A stretch of DNA of 61,329 nt, counting the filler, from Rhabdomonas costata (lineage: Eukaryota), in the NCBI GenBank assembly GCA_019059605.1. It is 17 parts of 17 records of this genome, joined end to end, with 100 filler letters (N's around TTAATTAATTAA, not from the genome) between each part and the next. Parts side by side here need not be neighbours in the genome. Positions count along the whole stretch, not along the records: positions 10,859 to 14,358 come from JAHMHO010000772.1; positions 14,459 to 18,179 come from JAHMHO010000773.1; positions 18,280 to 21,779 come from JAHMHO010000774.1; positions 21,880 to 25,378 come from JAHMHO010000775.1; positions 25,479 to 28,975 come from JAHMHO010000776.1; 12 more parts are not named here. One strand, 5' to 3'. The notes under the pieces were generated by a model. It did no database searches. It saw only the letters and a list, made by a program, of their open reading frames with translations, and was not told where the DNA came from. This document shows, in pieces, positions 11,831-25,531 of this stretch (position 1 is its first letter; each line of letters begins with the position of its first letter). The translations under genes and the position numbers were made by a program.

Positions 11831-14151
11831 CTGCACGGCCGCTTCGATGAGAGGAAATAGGTGCGGGTTCAGGGCTGCGCGCTGAGGCTGGTGAAGCTTA
11901 TCCTAAATGCGAAAACCCCAAGCGTTAGAGCAGGGTATTCACCGTTCACTGCCAAGGAAGAAGGAAAAAGAACACAGACACACACATCAATGAGCGATGG
12001 AGAAAAGTGCTGAAAAACGTAAACATCATACCCCACATTCGGGGCAAGTGAATATTCAGAACTCTCTTTTCTTCCGTTCCTCGGCTCATTTTCAATTCCC
12101 CAAACGATTCCGTATTCAATGCGAGAAAGAAGAGAGAACGAGACAGAGGTGGTCATGAGGTGAATGATGTAATTAGCACCATTACCACCTCTGCTTCATT
12201 CGCTTCCTGGCAAGGCAAAGGCAGGCCTGGGTGGCGATTTTCAGCACGTCCAAGTTCCCCGTGGAGAAGGCGTTGATCAGCAGAGCAGCATGGGAGAAGT
12301 TAAACACGGCATCCTTCCGCGACACCATCTCAGGGAGGATGCTGCGGGCGGCCTTCGTCTTCTCACCTGCCGCACGCCTGGCGGGCAGAAAGACGATGCA
12401 CTGCAGACCCACCGGGAGGCTAACCTGTGTACGTGTGAGAGAGGGCATGGCGCACAACAACATCGAAACAAACGTCGGATCAGCCAGTCAGGCACGCCAA
12501 CCCCACTTCATATATGCTATGACAATGGGAGCATAAACGATGCATAGCATCAGTACCTGGTGGATCCGAAATGAAAACCCCGCAAGACTTCTGATGTATT
12601 CCCGATGGACAGTGCTCACTGGAAAGTACCGCTATGTGTCACATTACAGATTTCGGACCTTGATGGATATCCATGGTAAATGCATATCACCAATGTAAAA
12701 AGATTTCAATCATCCCAATCTCACCCATTCGCCCTCAATTCCCGCGCCCACCTCAATCCCACGCACACGTACCCGATCAGTGTACCAGCGGCTTCCTTCG
12801 TGGACCTCGATCTGCAAGCCCCCGTACAGCGCCGGCGCGACGTTGTCTGGGTGCCCCTCAATCGCCGCCGCGAGCTGCAGCACGGACTCCTCCCCACTAA
12901 CGGGCATCTCATGCCCAGAGAGCACCAGCCCAGCAACAAGCCTGCAGTGGTACCGCGGGAGTGTGCGTGCATCCGTGGGCATCATGCATCATACAGTCAC
13001 AGGTTACAGATAAATAAAAATAAATTACTCACCCCAACAGAGTCGTCGCCCTTGAAGCATTTCATTGCGAGGTAACATTCGGCGGTGGCACCACCCCGTG
13101 CTTGTTACCGTCTGATTGGCGTCAGCGGCTGGCTTCCTGCACTGGCTGCACCATTGGCTTCCCAGCTCTTCTCCTCAGACCTCAGACCTTCTTCATCTAT
13201 GCTCCAACACAATCTTACAATGAGTGGGGCAAAGGAAAACATGCGGCAGAGGCAGACATTCCGGAAATCAACCCGGACGCAGCCCAAGACGATCCTCACC
13301 CAAATGCTCACTGGCTATCAATTGTGAGGTAGGGCAGCATAAGGATGGTTTATGGTTTGACATGCCCTCAGATGATCAAAAATCCCCAGTGAAAATATTC
13401 CAATTCCAATGAAGAGACAGAAGACGCGCGTACCCCGAAACAATCGCTGCGGAGGAGCTGCCCAGCCCAGAGCTGGAGGGAATACTGTTTCTGAGGATGT
13501 AACGCAGCGGGGGCACATGCTTACCTGTGAAAGTAACCCACCCCCAATCGCCTTCCCCCACCTGAGCACACAGGGATGCTCACTATCCAGTTGTTCTGAC
13601 ATCCTAGCGTAGGGCATATCAGCGAGAAAGGGCCAAAGCTGCGATGTGGCCGAATTGTTACATGAGAAGGAGGCAAGAGGGGGAGGGGGGAGAAAGCAGG
13701 CAACGGACCTGCAGCCTTAAACGCAGCCTTCACTCCAGTGACCACCAAGTTGGTCTCATCTCGAGGAAGGGAGTCCGCCCCTTCCCCGTGAATCTCGATC
13801 TGTGGGGCAATTCGACAAAAAGGTACATTTTACCCTGCATCCATCCATTGCTGAGGTGCACAAAGGCTTACCCACAGTTGAAAGCGCGGTGGTGGTGAGA
13901 GAAGGAACCCCAAATTCCCCCACGGAATAAAATTCCACTTGCACCACTCCACCCCATTGCATTCATACCAGGACCGAGCAAATTCTGAAGCAGGTATCAA
14001 CCTTCCAAAATCCAGCCATTAATGTGAACCCCTCCCCCATCACCAACAAGTCCAGAAGCTTGTAATGGCACACCATGAATTTCTCGCTGCGTTCAATGGT
14101 AAGCTCATTCCAGATATCCAAGGCCATCCCGAGACAGTCATATCCACATCC
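11831..14151 (-). CDS. thrB: Homoserine kinase (GHMP family), internal exons
   Basis: Exons 14151-14074, 13799-13709, 13524-13434, 12941-12773, 12424-12227 and 11902-11831 are in phase. Motifs: GYDCLGMALD, PRDETNLV, IPSSSGLGSSSAAIVSG (GHMP ATP loop), IEGHPDNVAPALYGG, SRKDAVFN, DKLHQPQRAAL. Confidence 0.95.
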
Positions 14152-14463
14152 CTGGGCGTCGTGATGGGAAAAGGATGTCAGTGATATCAAATACACACTT
14201 TTATGTCTTGCCACCAAAGTTATATCTGTTGTCGGGTGCGCAGTTGTTGGGGGAGTTCATCCCCTCACGGTGATGAATGCTGGTTATCAGGCAACGCGCT
14301 CACTGATCGCCTCGATTGGAACGCTGAAGAAGGACCCGGCCCAAGGGATAGAAGCGGCNNNNNNNNNNNNNNNNNNNNNNNNNNNNNNNNNNNNNNNNNN
14401 NNTTAATTAATTAANNNNNNNNNNNNNNNNNNNNNNNNNNNNNNNNNNNNNNNNNNNNTGTGT

Positions 14464-14552
14464 GTGATGTGATGTGATGTGATGTGATGTGATGTGATGT
14501 GATGTGATGTGATGTGATGTGATGTGATGTGATGTGATGTGATGTGATGTGA
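14464..14552 (+). repeat. (GATGT)17 pentanucleotide microsatellite at a contig start
   Basis: Perfect tandem GATGT from 14466 to 14550. Confidence 0.97.
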
Positions 14553-15939
14553 GAGGCGTAAACCTCCTACAGGTCCTCTTCGGTTCCTCCCCAGACCGAG
14601 GGTGGGGCTCCCAAGTGAGACCAGACGGTCAAAGTCTGTGCATGCGCTTGTTTTCCCATTTCCCATTTCTTCTTTTTTCCTATATACGAAACTTCGTGGC
14701 TGACCCATGCAGCCCAACCGCAGTTCATTGCCTGTACCCCGTGCCAATCCATATTCCCTGTGATTCCGCTCACCCACCTACCCACCCCCATACGTGCACA
14801 TACTTTCCCAATGTTACCACCGTTCTCTTCAGGTGGCCAACTCTCTCAATGTTGGACTCTCCGGTCTTGCTTCACTGAGCTTCGGGTTGACCGCAGCACT
14901 GTTGGCGTGCACTTTCCTTCCTTGACCTTGCATTCCTTGCAGACATACTTGTCGCTGTGACATCTTTTCCTCCTGCGCACTTGGCTTCCTTCATGGGGGA
15001 CAGCGTGGGGTTTCTTCTCCCAAGGATCAGCTCATGCCCGGGTGACTCCCCACCCCACCCCTCCCAATCGGGCTTTGCTCGCAGTTGCTGGCTGATCCAC
15101 ACAGCATGGCCTTTTTGGTCCCCTTTTTGGTTTCTTGAGCCCGTCGAGCGGGAAATGAAGAAATACTGCTGCTCGCTGCTTAGAATCTTCACACCTCCCT
15201 TGTTGTAAACACTTCTGCTTTTTTCACTCCACCCGCCACCACCAAGGCGGTGCGCGTGAGCAGGTGCGTGTCCGCTGGTCGTTCATCCACTCGTTTCCCC
15301 TGTTATCTAGGGTGCATTGTAGTGTCTGGGTGGCATGTGTGGTTTTCACAATGTTTATCAAAAGTGTATTTTTGTATCACATCTGGTAGTGCTTAAAACT
15401 TCTTCAGTGAGTTTCAGCCGTCAGTCTTCTTTCTTGAGACGACCGATTGCCTTGTCTCGAAGCGGTTTGGGTTTTGGGGGCCACGATCACTGCAACCCGC
15501 ACCAGACCATGTTCCCCCGAAACTGAACCCCCAAAATCGAGAATTTAGTATGTGACATTCCGAACAGGAGTCTTGCATTCTGGTATGTGCTGTGGTTAAT
15601 AACTCTCAGTTCAATGTTTAGCCACTTTGCCCTCGTCAGTACTTTTTTATGTGAAGACTTCGTCATGTGAGAGATGGATGGCTGTGTGGAAACCAAAGGG
15701 AAATGTTTAATCTACGCAGTTGACAGTTGCGAAGGAGCTCTATGTTTAAGAGTGCCAGAACCAACCACTCTGACTTAATATACTTACGTCGCTCCAAGGA
15801 AAACAGTTTGTTGAGTTTGGAGGGCTGTGTAATCACAATGTGAGGTTGTTATCTTTCGCAGAGCCGCGCTTTTTTTGCTTTTCCTTTTTGCTTTTTGCTG
15901 TGTACACTGTTCTGTATTCTGAGGTAGCGACACCCAAAA

Positions 15940-16571
15940 ATGGAGCATCCCTCAGCCCCGTTGCACACGGGAGGGTACACCAAGTGTCGCCCCGCCCCTT
16001 TGAAAGGAATCGCTGCGCCCCACCAGCGCCCCTCCGAGCTGCATACCACGTTCGCCGCTTCGGTGCTGCCCGCGGGAAGGGAAGGGTCCCCCCGGAGGTG
16101 CCTCCCGCACACCCCGGGGGATGTCATCTACCCCCAGACCGTCCCTGCTGCCGAGCTCGTCCCGTGCGCAAGTGAAGCGAGCAGCAGCATTGGCCACGTC
16201 CCCTCGCTGCCGGCTGCTTTCGGGGTGACAAGCGTCTGCCCAGTGGTCACCGAGGGGATCACCCCAATTTCTGCGAAAGTGGGCCCCCAGCAACCACCAG
16301 GGCAGCAGCAGCAGCAGCAGCAGCAGCAGCGGGAGCGACTTCCTGGAGTGCTGTTGAGAAGGCTGGAGCGCACAGTGGAAACCTTGCGTGCCTCGCTGCG
16401 AAGGCTTGGTATGGTTTGCCCAACAGCGGCACACTTAGATGGTCGCGTAGTGGTTGCATTTGTTGCGCATATATCAGCTAAGTATTGCTAAACACATTCA
16501 TTTCCTTCAGTCACTTCTGCGCTTTGCTTTTGCTACTAAACACAATGATGATAATAACAATGATAATAACA

Positions 16572-16631
<60 letters not shown>

Positions 16632-16723
16632 GGCTCCCGTGGGGTCCGTGCAGGGCTACCCCGAGACTTAGCACCGGAGCAACGGTCTCACCCGACGAGG
16701 CGGAGTTCACGCTCCTCTTCCAA
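15940..16723 (+). CDS. Hypothetical low-complexity protein exons with polyQ (CAG)9
   Basis: The GC-rich open frame ...PQQPPGQQQQQQQQQRERLPGVLLRRLERTVETLRASLRRL ends near a GT donor at about 16409. A second AG/GT-bounded block lies at about 16654-16723. (CAG)9 is at 16303-16329. Confidence 0.4.
16572..16631 (+). repeat. (ATG)20 trinucleotide microsatellite, probably intronic
   Basis: Perfect ATG tandem preceded by degenerate AAT/AAC units. Confidence 0.95.
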
Positions 16724-19700
16724 GTGAGGACGCGCCCCCGGTGTAACTCGCAGATTCTATATACCCCTCTTGTGTTTCCTCCTTCCGCTGTACAATTATC
16801 TCGGTTTGGGCTAATGCCACATTCCGAGCGTCAGAAATTCCGTGCCGTGCTGCGGTTCCCGTGCCCCAGGATCACCTGTCCCGAGGGCTTACCTTAGCTT
16901 CTGCGTTTCCTTTCCTGTTGCATCTTAGCTTTGCTGTGTGCCTTCACTCTGTACCATTGTTCCCCTCTTCCGGTTCTGGAGGTTTCATTCGCTCACCTTA
17001 CTTACCTCACGGCAGGTGGGTGGGTGACTTGTTCCCTTTTTCTTTACCGCCAGATAATCGGGGTGGGATATTGTTTTCCCCGTTCCGTCCCATTGCTCCC
17101 TTGTGTTAGCCCGTCTGGTTGCCGTCATGATGTATCCCGATGTGTCTACTTTTGTGACACTTTTCTTCCCGTAATGGCGCCCCAAAAAGGCGCTGGTAGC
17201 AAGGGCCCCCCTGCAAGGCCCGCCCTTTGCGTGCGTGCTTGTGTTCTACGGCACTGTTTCTGGTACTCGGAGCAGAGTTGGGGGGAGGTGAATCACACGG
17301 CGTGTAGCCTGTGCGTGTGCATGGTGCCCCTGGTGCACCATCCCGCAGCGCCCTCTGGACTCCACGCGTGGACGGTCCACGTCCATTTATTTTAGAGAGC
17401 CTAGGCTTCTTTCTTCTTCTTTACTATGGGGGCTGTCTTTTTGTTGGACTCTTTGTTTTCTATGATGTGGCTGTAGGGGCCCTGTGTGTGTTTGCCTGTT
17501 GGTTATGTCCTTTGGCCTCGCCCTCCTGTGAGAGAGTGTGTGTTGTAAAGACTTCTGTTGGGTGGGGGGCGGGCATGCCAGCTTTTTGTGCCAGTGCCCG
17601 CACCACTTGCCTGGACACCAGGTCAGGTTTCGCGGGTGTGAATGTGCTCTTTTTCTTCGTGTTTTCCCCAAAGGAAAAGTATTGGGCAATCCTGTATTGT
17701 AGGGTTTGGGTTTTCAGGACGTGATGGTTGTGGTAAGCAGGGCTCTAGGGTTTCCTTGTGCCAGAGTATGAGGACGAATCCCTTCCCTCCAAAACCTAAA
17801 AAAAATTCTACTGAACGCTGCTGCCCTGCAGGCGGTATCAACCGGGCGATGATAAATGGATTCTAGTACAGATTGGAAAATATCCGGCTCCTAGCCTGCA
17901 GCTGACTCCCCAAACAGATACGCGCGCATTCCCTCTTTCTTCACTCCCTGGTAACCCCGGAAACAGCCACCAGGGGACCCCGCGTCTTTCTTGATCCGCT
18001 GCGTTTTCTCTTCTGCAGCTTTTTTTCCCGCTACGCTGTTGAATGTGCCCTCCATGGCCTCTCGCCGGATCTCTAGCTACAGCAGCTCCCCCTCTCCGCC
18101 CGCTCCTCGGCGGTCACAATACTCCATAGAGGACCCCTCGGGCGCCCCAAACGGGGGGCGGCGGCTGCCCAACCAACCCNNNNNNNNNNNNNNNNNNNNN
18201 NNNNNNNNNNNNNNNNNNNNNNNTTAATTAATTAANNNNNNNNNNNNNNNNNNNNNNNNNNNNNNNNNNNNNNNNNNNNGTTGTTTGTTGCCCTCTAATG
18301 CCATGCGTCTCTGTTTCTACGTAATGCTCCATAATTGATACACGCTGCCATCGTTGTTACCATTCTCTGCTCTAGGATCCTGGACTTCTATCTCAATTTG
18401 CATGCTCCAGTTGCTGTTTCGCTGTCTGTGGATGTGTGTGTGTGTTTTATGCGTTTGTGCTGCTCCTGCCGCTTCTGCTGCGCTATGTGGAAGTGGACGA
18501 TGAGGAACCTTGCATAGTCGTGAAAACGCTCAAACTAATAATAAATGAAATACAGTCCTCCACGCTGTCCTGCGTGATGTTGGCGATAATGACGATGCCC
18601 GCTTGGATGCCAATGCATCTGCAGCTTCTGCTTGTTGTTGTGGCGCTGTGTGGGTGTGTAGGTAGGACTTCCGGAATGAAATTGTAGCATAGTATATAAC
18701 CACAACAATGGTTTTCAGCGTTTGTATAAGAATTGGGTGGCTTTGGCAAAATTCTGTGGCCATGGTAAAAGGTGTAGGGAGGCATATTTGGAGGAGTAAG
18801 TCAGCGGTATGTGCATTGGGCCGTTCAAATATGCCGTTGGAATAATGATGTCTACGCTCACTCACATGTCTTCGTTCCACCACCACAAGGTGCTCGCACT
18901 CCTCCTCCACAACATCCAGATCAATACTGGGTTGGTGGCCTTGGCGGCCTCCAATATACAGGGGTACCCATGCATGTGATTGTAGTAACAATGTACGTCG
19001 GGTGAACCTAGCGGGGACTCAAAAAAGTCCAGACCCGCGCTGGGATAAATGCAATTTATTACGCACAACACCATAGGTCATGGTTTTTTGATGGATGGAC
19101 AATAGCCTATCATACTGAGGCTCTACGTTATGCCAACAAACGCGCACACTGGTAACAATGGTTTGGCGCTAGTAGGTGATAGCAGGGGGAGTTACATTGA
19201 GGTACGATATGAAACGAAGAATCAAAAGAAATCTTGTTGTTGGGAGTGTCGCGATCCATACATACATTACGAACGAATCAAGGAGCGTAGCGACGAAGCA
19301 AAGTGAGAGTCTGGCCGGAGGCCATCTCCTACCTACTTTTGGTTCTCAGCGGATTTTTCACTCACATGGAGAGTACGACCGGATGGAGGAGACCAGCAAA
19401 GAAGAAGGGGCATCATGGCTCAGCGATAAGACATTGGAGTTAAGACATCTAGGATGAGGATGTAGCGGACATTGACAGACAAGAAGACCTTTACATTCCA
19501 AAGGCGTCGCAATACAAAAACACCACCTTGTGTTCAGGAATCAGGGATAGATACGAAGGCATGCAGTCACGCAGTTGCGCATGCCGTAGTAGGAAGTAAG
19601 ATTAGGGTATCAGCATCTTGGCACCTGCGGTAGGAATGCCTTACCCATCTCACGTTGGAGCCATTTTAGCAACAACAACCCTCACGTCCATTTATAGAGG

Positions 19701-22700
19701 TTAGGAGCGGAGGCGTAGAGACTATGCATAATAGATGTATGAACGATCGTAGCTAGTGACGAAAGAAAGAGTTGTATTGATGAACGCAGTGACGACCGGC
19801 CCGTACATTTCAAGCGTAACGCGGGCGTGGCATTGAGGGCCTCTTCTTCTCTAACTCATGCCTGTCATTCGTTATAGCTCAGTACCTCCACCCTCTTACC
19901 ATAGTTCGCTTCACACCCTAACGTCCCTACGCTCAACCAATAGAAGAAGAGAGTGTCGGCATTGGCGGCCTCCATTTTAGAGTCATGCCACCTTGTGGTT
20001 AATCAGTCTTAAAGTTGGAATTTCTCAGTAAATGGCACGTGTAGAAGGGTAGCCGCTGATAATGAGGTATGACGTATGTGTCAAGACGTACCACAACAGG
20101 GAATCACCACCACTGGGCTTACAAGGTCGTTGTACAATCTGTGCAACAAATGATGACACCATGCCGTAGGAGACCACCACCATGCAAGGCTGGCTGCGTA
20201 GCACGGGATCGCATTGCACTACCACACCTCTACTATGCCTAACCATGGTACACTGGTATTAGCACATACACACTTATACATTACTATTATGGTAACAGAG
20301 CCCATACTTTGGCATAAACACATATCTACTACTGTGACTTGGCAATACAACAGCGTCATACCACCATGTTGTACCCTATTATTAAGATACCAGTTGGGCT
20401 TTGCCATACCACACGCTACTGTTGTGGGTGTGGGACCACTACTTACGCAATGGCTAAACGCGGGATGCAGGAAGGCGGTACTTGGACTCACGACAGACTA
20501 CCAGTTCTGTTCTTTTCCACACGCATAATGTTGTAGATGAGGTCATACACGTATGCCCAACCTGTGGTGTACACCTGTGACTCTCCTCACCATCAAATGG
20601 AATGCATCTTCCTCAGTGACACCTGCCGAGACCAAAGTGATAGTTATGGTATTCGTCAAAACGGTTGGCTAAGAGACCCACAACAACTCATCTGGTAATT
20701 TGTGGGACCTGGACTTCGGATTATGAAAAGTTATGAGCAATTGTGAGGTGGAGTTTTACAACAAATGTAAGAAAATGTTGGTACAGAATGAGAAATGCAT
20801 GTTGAGTGTAAAGTGGCAGCAATGAGTGATAAATAGAACCAGAATATGTGATACCCTGATACCACTGTGCATGACATTGTACATCGGCGATGCTACGTTA
20901 CATGCAGAACACACTAGATGGTACCCAAATAGATAGATGCACAAAAGAAGCGCAAAATACCCACAAATAACTCCAATATGTGAGTACTAGGTCAGGTACG
21001 CGAGAGTACCACCTACAGGTGTACTTGCTACACAATGGTATACCAGGTGCGCAACTACGGCTCATTGTGGATGTGTTAAGGCAAAGTGCTGTTGGCTGGA
21101 CACTGTGAAACGCCACGTCGCGGTAACAGCGGTAGCGAGTGGCGACAAAAGCGCAGACGTAGTGAAAATTGGCCTCAAAAATGACAACTGATTATGCCAA
21201 CGGTGCATGAAAGTAAAGAGCCAAGGTGCCGTAGGAGCATCGGCTGTAGTACTTGTGGTTGTGGGCGTTGAATGCATCCACCAGTCAATGGTATAACGAT
21301 GGTTAGGTCAGCTCCAACCATCAGGTGGTATAGCATCAACGGTTGAATGGAGTTGCCATGTAAGAACTGCCCGATGCACTGCCAAGGGACACGAGGCCCA
21401 AGAGGGACACCGTAGGTACCATGGTAGGGTGAGCATTCCTGCCATCACCCATAGTGGCTGTAGCCGAGACCGACATGCAGGGTTGATGTTGATGTTGATG
21501 TGATATGGTCCACGCTGATGCCAAAGTGAAAATGTTGGTGGATGCCACTCTGAGGGTTGATGGGATGATGAAATACAGCAGCGTACCGGATGCCAAGAGG
21601 AACGCCTTATGTGAAAACGGGGTATGTGAAAAATGATTTCAGACCTATGCCGTCCGATGATGCCAAGTTGCGTAGGAATGAAGCTGATGTATGCCCAAGG
21701 CGGCCTCTCACAGCTGGGGCGTTCCGCTACCTCAAAGTGGGAATGCCTTCGGAAAGCGTAGAAATACCACCCCACCCCCNNNNNNNNNNNNNNNNNNNNN
21801 NNNNNNNNNNNNNNNNNNNNNNNTTAATTAATTAANNNNNNNNNNNNNNNNNNNNNNNNNNNNNNNNNNNNNNNNNNNNCCTGTGTGTGTGTGTGTGTGT
21901 GTGTGCAGACGTGCCCTGATGTGCCATGACGTGCCAGTCATTGTTTTTCGGTCCTGTGCATGTTGATGTGAGAGTGCTCGGCTCGAGCTGTTAGCTGCGA
22001 TTAGTTTCGCAGCCGCAAATGTGTGAGGAAGCATGGGGAGCCCCCTCCCTGGGCCATTTTCATCGTTCTGCGTTCCTTGACCCTGGATTTGTGACCGGGG
22101 AACACAGGATGGACGGGTTATGAGTGCAAGTAGTCTGAAGGTTCCTTTGCACCGTTGTGTGAGCAGATTGCCTGCATCTGGGACAACACTCCGATTTCGG
22201 GGAGATCGGGGTGTATATATTTCAGGGTGGGTTTGGTGTCGCGATGGTGCCAGTGTGGAATGGCCACAGATGCTTCACCCGTCATTTTTTCCTGTCCCTT
22301 GGAGTCAGCCTTCGCTTTGCTCATATATGCGGATTTCTACGGAAGGTCATGAGGACTGAGTGCATATCGTATGCAGCCATGTGGAACCAGGTACTCAGCC
22401 CGCCCCACCTCGCCGGCCTTCCGGCAACTCTGTGGCGAGAGCGTCTTCTTTTCAGTTGACTCAAGTGACTCCCTGACTTCTTTTTTGTACCGTGCAAAGA
22501 ATGCGCTTTTCTTTTATGTGTGCGTTGTTTTTGTTCACGAACCTCTTCTTGCCCGCTGTGCTCATTTATATAGCTTGTTCAGTTCTTTAGGAACTCAGCA
22601 CAGTCAATGCTTGTGACGTTCCTTCTCTCTCGGAAAGGGATGGGAGCAGCGGACGTCATGTCAGGATCCCGTTTAGCCTTTTGGGAGCGTTGCGCTCAGT

Positions 22701-23077
22701 TCCAATCCTCGAATATGGGCCCCAATTGCGGTTGCTCAGCCGTTGAGTACACGCAACGTCTAGGTTGCTCTTCTGATGGTTGTGCTTGCGAGGCAAGTTA
22801 GGTACTTGATGGTGGACGGCAAACCCTTGTCGAGGCTTCCACAACCCGTTGTTGCGCAGGGGGGGGGATGGGCTACGCTTGGTGGCCTTGCACACATTAC
22901 GTATTTTTTATGCATGGGCATTGCTCGCTCGAGAGCGTCTTCTTCTTGGGGGATTATGGGGGAAACACGGACAAATGTGTGTGGGGCTACTCCGACGCCT
23001 CTTTGTTGCCTCTTTGTTGGCGCCTCAGTCTACCCTCTGCTTTGCCCTTACGGTCTTCTATCCTTCCCTCAAAAGAA

Positions 23078-24934
23078 ATGTTCCCCCGAACTCCCACCAC
23101 TCGCACCCTGCTCTTCCTTGCTTGCTGTGTCGCCGTTGGCCTGCAGACCACCCTCACGAATGCCGCGGACCCCATCCCGACTCTGGTCACGAAGAACTGG
23201 CCCGCAGGCACCTACAAGGTTCCAGTTTCGCAAACATGCCTATATGCACGCACGCACAAACAAGCAAGCAAACTACCTACCTACCTACCTACCTACCTGC
23301 CTGCCTACCTACATACCAACCTAACACACACCCCGGATGTTGCATCTCTTTTCGGGGTGCCATGTTGCCATGGTCGTGCGCTACTTTCCTGTGTCAGGGC
23401 AATGTCAGTCATGCCTTTTTCCACAGAAAAAAGAAACGCTTGGCTTTAATTGAGGTTTTTATGGTGCAAATGGAGGTGGATATTACACAGGATATTACCC
23501 CTGTCCCGAATTTTGAGAGCAGGATCTGCTTGCTTTTAGAGTTTTGTTGAGCACTCAGTTTTTGAGTTGGAGTCCAAATTAAAGTGACCACCGCGTTTGT
23601 CTTGAAATATCAGTGGTATGTGAGCGAAATGTGCTGAGTGCAATTATTTTGTCGCTACCCAGAGAGTGGTATGTCTTGAAATGGAGGGGTTTCGTTCTTC
23701 TCGGCTGTGGGGAAAGCAAGCTCCAGAAAGACCCTCGTTATTGCAGGAAAGGGATGTTTTGGGTTGGGTAGGGTGGTTTTAGTGGAGTGCAGGCCGTCCG
23801 TATTACGGGCCCGAGCTTTCCTCCCCTCGAGTTCAGAATGCTTCACAGCAGAGCATTCGTCTTTCAAAGAGCGCTTCTTACTTCGGCAGCCGCAGGTTAC
23901 TTAGCAAGCTGGGATTCGAGAGGGAGGGGAATTATTATAATATATATTGTGAATTGTTTATCTCATATGGGTGGTCTGGCCACTCTGCTTTTTTTGCCTC
24001 GCCGTCTCCCCCCTTCCCTACAAAAATAGGTGGAAATCGCCGTGCTGCACACTGGCACGGGACGGTTCTGGGCCTTCGGGCGGGACTTCCTGACCGTGTT
24101 CCACATGTGGCAGGTGAGCTGTGGCGCACTCTCTCGATTCGCGATGGATTCTTGGCGTTGTCGTACCAGTCATCGCCTCCCCCCGTCATGTCGGCCCGCG
24201 TTCTTTTCTACGCTTTTGAACCTTGGCTGTTTTGGTAATCGTTGCATGGCGAAGTACTAGAGCGGCTAACGCGCAGTAAAGCGGTTCAGCTCAGCGCTTC
24301 AGGGATTCTTTTTGTTTAACATTGGGGAACTAACGGAAAGAAGACAGGCGGGAGACTTAAGACAAGAGAAGGAAAGGAGGGCTATGGTTGGTAGGAAGTA
24401 AAGACTTTTAAAAGAAAATACACAACGAATCCAGGTCCTGCGTGATGGAGGGTGCCCAGTGAAGGTTTTGGTTCTAGAGGGTTGTGATTCGACTGGCTTC
24501 GAAACCGTAACGCACATTTGAAAGGCTTCCAGAAATCCAGCATAGTGTCCTGCTAAATCCCACCAGTTGCACAATTTTCCGGTTTCTTCCTTACATTGAG
24601 CTTGAGCCACTCCATCCCCACCTCTTCTCTGCATGCTGGGGCTGACTCCGAAGCAAAGTGAGAAAACAAGCACCCCCACCCCAGCACCTGCTCACTTCCA
24701 GTTTCCTCCAGTGCAAGTTTCAGGCTGCTGGTTTGTTACTAACCATCTCTTCTCTGGGAGAACTGTCGGCCACAGGCCTGGAGAGCTGCATGTGGGAGAG
24801 GGAGGGACGTGCATAATTCTGCTGCACAGGATTACGTGGCGAACAAACTTGGCGGACTGCAAGCCACCGACTTGCCCAATATGACGTTTCCGGGGTTTCC
24901 GGGGTCGAACCGGATTCCTCTGAACAACCACCAG
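23078..24934 (+). CDS. Signal-peptide protein with a type-I periplasmic-binding (Venus-flytrap/LivK-like) N-terminus, 5' exons
   Basis: Exons 23078-23218, 24030-24113 and 24830-24934 (GT-AG, phase 0) give MFPRTPTTRTLLFLACCVAVG...GTYK|VEIAVLHTGTGRFWAFGRDFLTVFHMWQ|DYVANKLGGL. This matches the pattern 'vkIg.l...tG..a..G......N..GG' that opens PBP1 domains. Confidence 0.55.
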
Positions 24935-25531
24935 GTACTGCTCTCAGAGCTTCCCCTCAACACCATCTCATTTTCTTCACAATGGTTGGCTCCCTCTTTT
25001 CCACTCAACGTAGACTAATTCTCTCGAATCTCTCCGAGGAGCAGCGGCATGTGCCTCGATCTAGAGTTGGCCCATATTAGTGAGGGAGCTGGACACCCTT
25101 CATGGGACCATATTGTCTTCGTAAGTCTTTTATCGCTCTCTTCTCCGTCCTTTCACCTTTCACCCTCCCTCCGTCTTTTTCGCTTTCTCACGCCTTCCCC
25201 CACCTCTCTCTCTTTCTCTCTCTCTGTTTATCTCGTTCATTCCCCAGCGTTTCAGGGCGATGGGAGGGGGAGGGCGAGAAACGAAAAAACCTAAAGGTTG
25301 ATTGGTGAAGTTGCAAGGGAACATCTTTCAACTGTCGTGGACGGAGACGCACCCAATCTCCACGCGCCGTACTGTCGTNNNNNNNNNNNNNNNNNNNNNN
25401 NNNNNNNNNNNNNNNNNNNNNNTTAATTAATTAANNNNNNNNNNNNNNNNNNNNNNNNNNNNNNNNNNNNNNNNNNNNTTTTGGTGTGGTTCCCATGTGG
25501 ACGTTTTTGTGACCGTTTGCGGAAGCGTCAG

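Noticed and set aside
16454-16897. Poly-Asp, poly-Met or poly-Ser ORFs
   Set aside because: These are translations of the (ATG)20 microsatellite.
19745-19755. 11-mer GATCGTAGCTA shared with 61225-61235
   Set aside because: A few 11-mer matches between regions of this size are expected by chance, so it was not used as evidence of homology.
21716-21724. GGGGCGTTC resembling kinetoplast minicircle CSB-1
   Set aside because: No CSB-3 (GGGGTTGGTGTA) is seen in the short remaining sequence, and a 9-mer is expected by chance.
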